Source: Catajapyx aquilonaris
Taxonomy: Eukaryota
Reading direction: 5' to 3'
NCBI GenBank assembly: GCA_000934665.2
Contig: KZ538123.1
Coordinates: forward strand, 62,001 to 120,504
DNA: 58,504 nt
Below, piece by piece: positions 41,491-52,700 of this stretch. A model generated the notes under the pieces. It ran no database searches, was not told the origin of the DNA, and saw only the letters and a program-made list of their open reading frames with translations. The stretch's first letter is position 1. Each line of letters opens with the position of its first letter. The position numbers were made by a program, and so were the translations under genes.

Positions 41491-42412
41491 AGTATTGGCC
41501 CTTGAACCTATTTTTAACAACATGCCATGATCGAATCTATTGGAATGGAGCCTTAGGTAATAACTTTCATACTATTTGCAGCTGGCCGATTTTGGATATG
41601 GCAATTAACTTTTGCCAAAATTCTCTATAATTCATACAGGAGCAAAAATGCTCATAAACTCCAGTAATGATCCAGTAAAGATTAAAAAAATTCGGAACAC
41701 TGCCAAGACCTTACACTAAACAGCGAGTTGTGCTTCACAATAATATTTCAGAACCTCCAGTACAGTATATAGAATGTTCCTTCCTATCACATTAGTTCCG
41801 CAATCTGAGTAGTGCTTGACCACTTTGCAGCATTGAACCTTTATTATGCAATAGTATTGGAACCATAGAATGATATTAAAGCCATACTTTATCTGGGCAG
41901 GGGTGATAAGAAAGTGAGGTGCAAGTGCAATGTCTGATATAAATTATGGTCATTTTGTGATTTTTTTTTTTTACTTAAAACTGCTGTGAGATAACATGGC
42001 TTATTTGGCCCTAAAAAAAGCTGAAAATGCATCAAAAATGAGCCGCTCAGTAGCAAATACACTTTTGTAATTTGTTGTATTGGACTGTACTATTTGTCCA
42101 TTATTAAACTCCATTTGTTGTGTCTGTGTACAACCTTGCCACTACACTGACTTTGTCTTACATTATGATTGTAGTACTTCATAAGATGTACGGTACTGTA
42201 CTTATTCAGCACATGTTGTGTCACACACTAAATCCCTGTGATTGACTCAATCATAGTGCATTTTGCTATTTGCTGTCAAAAGTCAAGAAAGTTATATAAA
42301 CTGTTTATTGCATTAGGTAAATAAAAAGCAGTACATGTGATACATGTGATTGACTGAAAATTAATACACAGGTTGTAGTCATTCTAGTTTTCGCAAGTTG
42401 TCAACTACTTAC

Positions 42413-44021
42413 ACCTCAAATATTTGGTCCAGTCCCTGTAGATAACCGGATAGATCTTGCCTTGCTTGAAGGACAGTGTCCGGAGCAGCTGCAGAACCCG
42501 GGCGCTCACTTGGATGCTACCGGGTCTGATGCTGATCCCCCAGTAGCTGAGCTCGCGTTGCACCTGGTGGTCATCGTTAAGAGAGGTGCACAGTTCCTCG
42601 ATCTGGGACAATCGCTGCGATGGCCCCATGTGGGTGTGGTGGGAGAGGGCCTTCATCAGTCAGAAGTCGGATCTAATCGCGGTGGTCATCTGGTAAGATA
42701 GGAAAGTTCGGGCACGAGGTAAACTGTATCTTTGTCATCATCCACAGCTTTCTTGGCCCGCTTCTTGGTGACGATCAGGAGCGGTTGCAGCGAATACTGC
42801 AGATCGATGTCGTACCGCTGAAAAATGCCAATTCGTTAGTTGGTGATGCGCATAATGCCCCCAATGCACTTACATGCTTGTAGTAGTCCACGAATGTTGT
42901 TTGCACGCCCTTGTAATCAAACTTTGAAGGCGGATTCACCGTCCAGTCGACTCCTATCACCAAGTACGTCCTGCGGTTGTAGTGGGTCATAACGACAGTC
43001 CCTTTAAAGGACAGCTCGCAGTGCTTCCGATAGTGCACCGAATCCTTCCCTCGTGAGCTGCTCATGACGTCCACGACAGTTGAGCTGCGAAGAACTTTGT
43101 GCGTAATGTCCACTCACAGGAGCAATCCGGCGTTGTGTTGATGTACGGACGTAATGTATCCGGGCCACAGCTCCAACTGCTCCCTTTCCATGGTGATTTT
43201 TTTCTTTCTGTCGTAGAAGTAGCGGCCAAGCTGATCGAAATCTTTGTGTATCATAAACCTGCGCAGCAATATCCCAACTATCTGCACGTATAATAAGGCA
43301 TCGGACGGATCAATCACTTTGACAATCTCGACTTCAACTGTCATGAGTAGGCTGTCCGATGTACGCTTTGACTTGATGGTGATGGGCTGCGGGAAAAAAA
43401 TTACCATGAGTATAACTGTGCGGGTTACAGCTTCTCGTTTACTTACCTCTTCTAGCCTCCTTGCCAAGTAAAGCACCGAGCCATCGAATATGTACTTTCC
43501 GAGCTTCTCCATGACTTTGTTCATGGAGCGGAGAAGCCCTTTGCGGAATATATCGGTTCCTCTTCATCTGGCGTGATTGTGACTTGGTATAGATAGATCC
43601 TAAAAGCTTCCTTTTGCTCAATGTCACAGTAGTTCAACAGAACTTCAACTGGTCTCCCGCAGGATCCCAGGCCAGACGTGGGGAGCTGGGGAAGAAGCGG
43701 CAGCGGTAGTCCTTCAGCCGGCCAGAACTGTCCGTCCTGCTTCTCGCTGGTGTCGGACCAGTCGAAATCCCTTTCCTTTCGAGGCTTCAGCCTCATCGAA
43801 GTGCCCTTGTTGGAGTCTGTCCACGGATGTTTCACTCGGGGCTGGGATTTTCTATCCGCAGTAACTGATTCAGCGTTGATTCCTCCGACGGCACCATCAG
43901 CCTCTGTAGGCCATGCTCCTTGGTCGACCTGCAGCCTCAAAGCCTCCACTTGCAACGCTGACGCGTCGTGTGAGGACACAATCGCTAGATCTGCTGATTT
44001 CAATAATAATGGTCTCCCCAT
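42413..44021 (-). pseudogene. piwi: Piwi/Aubergine-clade Argonaute pseudogene (N, L1, PAZ, L2 only); exons ~44021-43447, 43386-42874, 42817-42413
   Basis: Motifs GRPVEVLLNY, IYLYQVTITP, YIFDGSVLY, QLGRYFYD, LELWPGYITSV, VDITHKVLRS, VVMTHYNRRTY, TFVDYYK, QPLLI, VYLVPEL, ARVL, DWTK; GT-AG introns of 60 and 56 nt; frameshift ~43550, TGA at 43116-43114, frameshift ~42690, TGA ~42660; no MID/PIWI exons found downstream. Confidence 0.92.
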
Positions 44022-44395
44022 GATATGCCTCCTTGGACCTGTTAGGCTTTAGGGGATCTTCTTTTCATTCGCCGACTTTATTCCTTTGCCTGTCCTGTGA
44101 TGGGTTTTGAATTTGGGAGGAAATGGGAGAGTCCCGAGAAAACCCATGCAAAGACGGAGAGAACCCACTGAAACTCGATCCACATAAGTATCCTATTTGT
44201 TTGGAGTTATTTATGACAGAAAAATAAGTCTCACTGTTTCGGTAAGTTCAAGGACTTTATTCTGCGGCAGCAGTTTACATTTGGTGGAAATTTAAATATT
44301 TACTCAACTCACAGTTTGGTAACAGTCTGAAACGGCAATATGAATGGCTTCATCTCATTTAAGGTACTATCCAAAATTAAAATAAAACAAAAATA

Positions 44396-44996
44396 CAGTA
44401 AAACTTCCATAAGTCAAACTTACCTAAGTCGACGTTCTCTATAAGTCGAAGAAAATGATGAGCTTGGTTGGTCACAATGTAAAATAATAGGAAATAAACT
44501 TCCCTAACTCGAATTTCTATAACTCGAAGTTCTCCATAACTCGAAGTGCAGGCAGGGCCTTATGATGGGATATCAATGCATTTTCAGTCTCCCTAAGTCG
44601 AAGTTCATGTTGGCGAGTACGAAAAATTTTATCATTTCCCAGCCGAAGGGTTGAGAGTAGGCCACATATACTGAAAGGCTCAATTTCCTGATCTCCGTCT
44701 ACCAGATGTTCCGAAAGAAGTGTTTGACCCGATTGTGACAATTGAATCCTTGAATCTAAGAGTAGGCAAATGTCCATCACGGAAATTTTTTTACAACATA
44801 ACAACGAAGAACATTGTACGTGTGATAGTGACAGTAATTTTTTAAAGTTTTGAACGCCTTTTCTCTCTGGATATAAAGGTAGGCTTCCTTATAGAGTTCT
44901 GTGCTTTAAAAAATAGAAACTTCTCTAACTCGAATCTTCTATAACTCGAAGTTTTTTCCCGGTCCCATGGAGATTCGACTTATAGAAGTTTTACTG
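44396..44996 (+). mobile_element. pogo/Tigger-like non-autonomous element, copy 1
   Basis: TA-cagtaaaacttc(c/t)ataagtc...gacttatagaagttttactg-TA; subterminal ataactcgaa repeats. Confidence 0.85.
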
Positions 44997-45423
44997 TACT
45001 AAGTAACTAAAACTCCTTTTCATTACAAAATGATCTGAATACTGAACATTTTGTTAATATTAACCTCATTTGGATTGAATTCCAACTGAAATGCAGGTCT
45101 AGACAATCACAAAAAATTCTCACCAAATACAAAATAAAAATAAGTACGAAGAAATGCGGGGAACAAATGCATTACACACCACTCTCTCTTACAGCATGTA
45201 ATGTAGGATACCACTAAGAGCTTTCTGGATGCTGCTGCACATCTGGGTGGAAACTGGCAATAAAACTGGTGATCTAAAATAATATTTTGGATATTGGCTA
45301 ACTCCTGAAAGTGACGCTGCCTCAGTCATCAACGTACCAATTTTCACCAATTTATGCATTATACAAGGGGGTTAACTAGCCATACGTACACAAACTCTTA
45401 TGTTTTATAGGGTATTAGAAATA

Positions 45424-46001
45424 CAGTAAAACTTCTATAAGTCGAATCTCCATGGGACCAGGAAAAAACTTCGAGTTATAGAAGTTTGGATTTTTTAAAG
45501 CACATAACTCTATACGAAAGCATACCTTTATATCCAGCGACGAAAGGTGTTCAAAACTTAAAATAACTGTAACTATCACACTTACAATGTTCCTCACTGT
45601 TTTGGTGTAAAAAAAACTCTGTGCTGGACATTTGCCTACTCTTAGATATTCAAGGATTCAATTCTCACAATAGAGTCAAACACTTCTTTCGGTACATCTG
45701 GTAGACAGAGATCAGGAAATTGAGCCTTTCTGTACATGTGGCCTACTCTGGACCCTTAGGCTGGGAAACTAGAAAATTTTCTGTACTCGCCAACATGAAC
45801 TTCGACTTAGGGAGACTGAAAATGCCTTGATATCCGATCGTAAGGCCCTGCCTTCACTTCGAGCAAGCTTCAAGTTATGGAGTACTTCGAGTTATAGAAA
45901 TTCGAGTTAGGAAAGTTTATTTCCTATTATTTTACATTGTGACCAACCAAGCTCATCATTTTATTCGACATAGAGAACTTCGACTTATAGAAGTTTTACT
46001 G
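45424..46001 (-). mobile_element. pogo/Tigger-like non-autonomous element, copy 2 (inverted relative to copy 1)
   Basis: Same TIRs and TA TSD; interior is the reverse complement of 44396-44996. Confidence 0.85.
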
Positions 46002-46159
46002 TAATATGAAAGGTAATGAGATGACATGAAATGACCACTTCTAGCATTAACAGCAATGAACAACTATGTAATTCTCATAAGTTCCTTTTAGATTATTCCT
46101 CAGAAAAAAAAAGATGGAAATAAGTGCACATATGATATTCTCATAATATCCCATGGAGA

Positions 46160-47187
46160 CTACATAAAAAATTCTGAAACGGCCTTAAAGACATCCATAT
46201 TTGCACAATCCTTCCAATACTGACTCTCTTTCACCTCCTTTGAATTGGATTGGATGACCTGCAAGCAAGCAGCCTTCAGTTTGGGCAAGTTAAGCAAGAT
46301 GGCATGCCTCAAAACGCAAATTACATTCTCAACTGTCAAAGTGGTGCTGACACGCTTTACCATTAGATCCAGAAGACGTGGGATCTGATACTTATGAGAT
46401 GCCATCAACAGATCCAGCTCGATCACATCTTCAGGGTCTTCATCAGTGTACATGAAACTAATGAGGCCTCTCAGGACATCTGGTTTGAAGTCCTTGATGA
46501 TGACCCTGCCCGTCTTCTTTTCCTCCGTATCATGATTAAACATGGCTGCGAACACAGGGCTTCGGGCACACAGAATGAACTTGTGCACTGGAAGTTCTGT
46601 TCCATCACTTGCCACCAGAGTCGCATCCCTGTCACGATTGGACTCCATCATGCACTCCACATCCTCATGCAATCCAGGGCCATCGGGAACTTCAGGCACC
46701 TTTTCCCAATCCATATCCAAGATGACCTGCCCTATGCAAATCAACGTCAGACTACCATTTGGAAGCAGGTCAGATGCTCTCTCTTTCAAGACTTTCTTTG
46801 CAATGAATTGAAAAAAGCCACAAGTTGTATTTTCCTTGGAGAAAGTGAAAGTCTTTTCAGTAGCATTCCTGATGTAGTTTTTCATGTTATTGATACTCTT
46901 AATGATGATGGAAAATTGAGTAGGCACATGGACGTGATATTCAGGACAGTGACATCTACACGTAAGGAAAAGTGAGATGTGATTATGATTTTCATCATCT
47001 TCGTGAACATTGGAATGAAGCTCCAGCTGCCATTCTAACTCCAATCCCCTGATGTTGAAATTATCAGATGTAATAACTTCGTCGCCCATATCATTGGGCT
47101 CGTAATCTTCAATGGTCCATTCAAAATAAAATGGTGTCATTTTTGCATTTACGATGAGTTGCTCTTCGAACATTTTTTGCCAGTCAA
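46160..47187 (-). CDS. Speckle-type POZ-like (MATH-BTB-BACK) protein, single coding exon; first ATG at 47173
   Basis: MATH: FEWTIEDY, WQLELH, HISLFL, CGFFQFI, LLPNGSLTLIC; BTB: DATLV..LPVHKFILCARSPVFAAMF..IKDFKPDVLRGLISFMYTD..ASHKYQIPRL; LTVENV..LKAACLQVI; acceptor ttttcacag at 47188; uninterrupted ORF. Confidence 0.92.
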
Positions 47188-47429
47188 CTGTGAAAAGCAA
47201 AGACAAAAATTACTTCCTAAACAAATGTATTGCTTCCACTGCACAGTGCACAGAACAAACAATGTTATCATTAGCATTCATTTGTGTAGCATCTAACTCA
47301 AGTTCAACCATAACAAAATGTAAAGGAAACCAATGTGACTATGCCTCAGTTTTGCAATGTGACAATTTTGGTTCCTTTCAGACAAGTACGTATTTCACCA
47401 TAGAACAATTGGTTTAATCAAAATAACAA

Positions 47430-47431
<2 letters not shown>

Positions 47432-47479
<48 letters not shown>
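47432..47479. repeat. (ATT)n microsatellite
   Basis: Direct reading. Confidence 0.9.
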
Positions 47480-49729
47480 GTTATTATTTCCTCCCTGCCT
47501 CCAAACACAGGGAGGGACATCTCAGACTTCCATACATCAACATACAATTTTTCATACAATATCAACAGTGTTATTTATATGTGTACAATCTAACTGTATC
47601 TCAGTTCCATTAACAATTGTGCAACCAGTCTGCAACATAGGAAAAATAATAGAAAAGGACCTGAAGTTGTACGCCCGAGGGGTTCCGTTCAACAATGCCC
47701 TAGATAAGTTGTCCTTGTCAAATTCCGCAAACTCTCACCCTCCCTCTCCCCACTTCGAACAATATATTTGCATTCCCACCATAAGTGAAACCAGTCCCCT
47801 TTGTTACCTCGATATCATAAGCTACAGTTCTCCTCTGGGTCGATCAAAATAATAATAAAACTTACCCTAGATTTTTAGTTCGTCTTTTAGAAAAAAGTAT
47901 GTTATATTTCTTTGTTTGCAAGACATATTGGCATTCTGTCGGACTTTAACTTTAAATTTTATATTTTGGCAATGCACAGGTAATCTGCAACATATGCATA
48001 ATCCACACCCTGATAATAATCAGGAACAGAGTGTAATTGTAATGAAAGCAGAGAGATTCCGCCACAGTTGGTGCCTATAAATCAAAAATTGATATAATCG
48101 CATTTAAAAAAAATACAGGGGTGAAAAGTGACATAAGTTACAGTCATGATATTTCCCTATATCTGTTTATCTCCCAGAAAAGAGGCAGTATCTCGATGTC
48201 TTCTCGTATTATGGCAACTATAGCTAACTGAAATGTCGGAAGTTGCGGTTATAAAATGTTATGACTATATATTCCAAGTACAGTTGAATCCGAATATAAC
48301 AGACTTCAAGGGACCGAGGAAAACAGTATGTTATAACCGAGGTCTGTTATATCGCCACTTTTTGCAAGAAAAACTCAAATTTTCTGATTTCATATTATGC
48401 CTGCAATGCACACCGCTGCATACTTATGAAGGAACTAACCCCAAATGAGCCAAATATGCCCTTCCTTCTCTTGACTCTTTCTCCACTTACCCAAAAACCG
48501 TGACTAAAACTGGGCAAAATGTTTCCAGGCCAGTCGATGAGAGAATTTAGTCGCTTACTTGGTCCTCTTTCTCTCTTCAGCTTTGACCCTTGTCGCCATG
48601 CATGGAGTCGAGTGGCCTTGAGCACCAGGTTGAGCACTCCGGAACCGGCTGCCCTGGAACCGCGCACAAAATATTCCAAAATTGATGGTGCATAATATAT
48701 TACACTATTAAAAATGATACAATGCGGTATGATTGATTATTATCTGTAAATTATGATCAAAATCACGCTGCATCTCTCAGATAATGAGTATTGCAGTGGT
48801 GCCAACCCGCATCGCAGTTGGGGCCATTGGAAAAAAAAAACGAGATTGGAGGAACGGACCGGAATGAACCAGTTTTTGAGGCTTGCGTCGCAATGCGCCC
48901 CAGTTTGACATTCGAATAGATTTGAAATTATTCAAGAAGCAAATCACAGAGTGACAAAAGCCAAAGAAATTACTCATTAAATCATTTAAATGTGACAATG
49001 AAAAAAAAATCGGCAAAAGAGAACAATAATTTACAACGTATTTAGGTACTGTATACAACATTACACTTTGGGATATAACTTCTTTTGATCATTGTGTACT
49101 ACATAGGAGTAAAAATTCTGCTGAACATTTCGAGTTTGTATGACAAATCATATTATACTCAATACAAAATATAGTATGATATTGGAATTCATGGAATGTC
49201 CATCCCAGTCCATATCTTACCCACCTTCAATGGCAAGTTGTTTGTTGCTGCATCTGTACATTTGTAAATACCATAGTTGTTTATGATTGACAAAATAGTC
49301 TCCCTATTTAGGTAAAGTACAAAATCATTTTTTAATGAGCTGGAGCGTACAGTTTGTGGGAATAAAAAATGCACAACAGCATAGACACGTAGTTGGACTT
49401 GCACTCATTTGGGTGGAGTTGTACAATCAAAAATTAAGGATTAAAATAAAAAACAAAAATTCCGAACAACTTGAACTCTGGTCTATTAAAAATCGATCTG
49501 AATATTGAGCATTTGGGGAACATTAAGTTCACATGGAGTAAATTCCCATAAAAATGGTGGTTTGGAAAATCACATAAAATATTTTCACCAAATACTTCAA
49601 AATTATTAACACAAGTAGGCTACAAATAAAGATTAGCACCAACACTCTCTCACACCACATTATGTAGTGCAGCATGGAATAAAGAATTTGCTCAAATGAA
49701 AACCAGATGACCCCAACAGACACACTTCC

Positions 49730-52700
49730 TCACTGAGGATCTACAAATTTCAAGTGAGCATCATTCTGGGAAACGATCTTCTTGAGAATCACTTCAGTGA
49801 CAGGAGCGGTAGTGGCTCCATTCGCAGCAGTATTTCCCAGGGACACTGCCTTGATAAGGACACTCTCCTCCTTATCAAACACGTTCCAGAAGTGTTCCAG
49901 TGAAATCCACCTGTTCCCGGAAATCTGGCATTCAATGGCCTGGAGTAGAGCAACAAATGCATCAGGTTTGTGCATCAGTCAGGGCATAACACAATGAAGA
50001 AATCTTTACCTCAACCCACACTACTTCAGATATAAAGGCTATCAAACTCTGCACACTTTGCAAATAGCGTAGGTTTCCTAACTTAACTCACATAATTCCT
50101 CAATACATGTTCTTCAATTAATTGCGCAACAAGATCATTGAAAACATCTTACCTGAGCTGGAATGTTGGCAATGCCAAGGCAAGGCCAAGGCAAAGGCCA
50201 ATTCACAGCAGGGCTAATTGGGTAATCAAGGTCAACCAGAGAGTATATGTTATCCAAGCTGAGATCCAGCCATTCGCCCAAATCCATGGCAAACATGGTG
50301 ATCTGTGAACAGAAAAATATGCAATTTTTCAGTGTGTGGATGCTTATCAGCGAAATATTAACTGCCAGACATTCTTGCAGGTAATGAAGTTAGTCTGTTT
50401 GTAACTGTGTTGGTATGCAAGTTTCTGAATATCTAGGTAACTCATTCAGTAAGAACAACTGTAATTTCCAAATATTCATGCACTGACTGTGAGAGGCAAG
50501 CCTGCCAGTATATAACACAAAAGTGACCAGCAGCTCTAATGTGGGGTACCTGTACAGTACAATAGATAAAATCAAAATTTTGCCCATATTTCGTCTTACC
50601 TTCCCGGATACATCTGGGTTGATGGTGGTGGGTGTCACTCGGCATGGCTTTTCCTCATCATCTTTAGTCAAAGAAAATGCCAAGTAAACACCCCCCCTGA
50701 CCACCTGGTCCACAGGCTTGGCATTGTCATCCATTGAGTTGGCTACATAATCCACAAGCATGTCCACATGCCCGCTGAGTTCCAAGGTGCGTATGTATAT
50801 ACGGCCATCGGACTGGGCGTTCAACAGGATACACTCTGTTTCATCCTTTGTCTGCAAAATCTACATCAGAATCCAGAAAAAAAAAAAGTCAACAAGGAAA
50901 ACGCCAAGTGTTATCTCACTGCACCACTCTAAAAGGAAAGTCTATCGCTTATCCACACCTACCGACGCGGCGGGGTTGGGAAGGCGTGGTGGGTTCCAAA
51001 CATGTTGGCTACGGGTCGCAAACAATCAGTTGCCGGGAGAGCACAACAAAGGGCGTCTTGTTACCCCTGCCATGCAAACCGATCAGATGAGTGCTAGGAC
51101 CTGTCAAGAGGTTTAAGGTGACTAGCCTAGACAGGCTCTGCACCCATCACCATGCTTTATTCAATAAATATTCAAATTAACAATATTCCAATTCACATTA
51201 TGCACACTCAAAATTATTCACGTGTCTTTCTTCTCTGGATTAGATCTGGTCTACCCCGTGTAGCCTACTCTTCTTCTTCTTCCTCTGCTTCTTTGGGTTG
51301 GCATCAGACGGCACCTCACGTAGCTTACTCCAGCCTCTTCCTGCATTGAGCTGTGACAACTTTAGGTCCGCTGCCAGACAGAAACGATTGAACTCAGGCA
51401 GCAAATCTTCCACCAGAGCCCTCTTCGAACAGGGCCATCCTAATCTTCTAGAAACAGATGTCCGGCGAAGCTCTCCCTGGGCAGCTGCTATTTCTGGGAT
51501 ATTGCAGCTCCAGATGATATGAGCTGCAGTCTGAACTCCGTCTCCACACTGGCACCGCGCATCATCAGAATCATTCTGGTTATCATCTATTATGTGATCC
51601 CCACCATCTCCGTTGTCTTCTGATGCATCCCCCACATGATCTCCTCCCAAATGGAAGCGATGTAGGTAGCTCCGATAAGGTCCATGCCCGGATATAAGCC
51701 TGGCCAGGTGCCCGTGGACGTGGCGATTCGTCGACACCGCCGGAAAGAACCCGAAATACCAAAATTCTCTCCACATCTCCCAACCCTGCTGCCAGGCCTC
51801 CATCTGAGAATCAAAGGCTCGTCTTCTAATGTGGTGAGACGACACAGGCAAGAAGTGTCGACCCACAGTAAGCTGTGCTGCCTTCTTAGCGTCCTGATCA
51901 GCCATCTCGTTACCATGTGTGCCTTGATGAGCTTTGACCCAATAGAGGCTGATGTCCTGATGAGAGTCTCTCATCAGTCTGCGTGCATACTGGCCCGTCC
52001 ATTGGTAGAGTGCGGGTTCACCACCGCTTGAAGCGCCGACTTCGAATCCGAGATGACCCAGGCGGAGTGTCCCGGCGCAGAGAAGACAGCGATCTCCAGG
52101 GCCCTGACAATCATGGCCAGCTCCACGTCAAAGATACCGGCCGGTGCTTGAAAGGGGATACTCTCGCAGTAGACCACTTGTTGTCCATCCATCACGACTA
52201 CGGCTAGGACCACAGTATTAATGAAGGAGGTGGGAAATATGAAAGCCATGATGGTTGCTGCAGTCCGTTAACCCAAAGAACGACACTTTGAGTTTGGCTG
52301 GCAGCAGTATCAAGGCACCAGATTGTTTGTGACGCAACGTTGCCAACCGTCTGGTGGCCCCCTGCCCGCCCAACCCCGACTGCATTGTTAAGGTGTGGAT
52401 AAACAATAGTTTATCCCTCTAAAAGACATGCATCATGGGTACCGTGATTTCTCACTCATCCTGCATAAACATAAAACCTCGCTACCTACAGGATTTTCCA
52501 AAATTGAAATAACCAGATTGATCTGTGTAAAAGCCAAAGATCATCAATCATCAAATGCATCTCTTGTATTTAAAAATATTCTCCAACTACTCTTACCGTA
52601 AGAAGGGGATTATGCACCAAAAGTGAAGACACGATTTTCATTATTATCTTTCCATTAACATGCACATCCTCGGTACCACTTGTATCAATGAGGCTCACGC

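Noticed and set aside
46394..46975. 193-aa + strand ORF
   Set aside because: Antisense shadow of the MATH-BTB CDS with no recognisable domain
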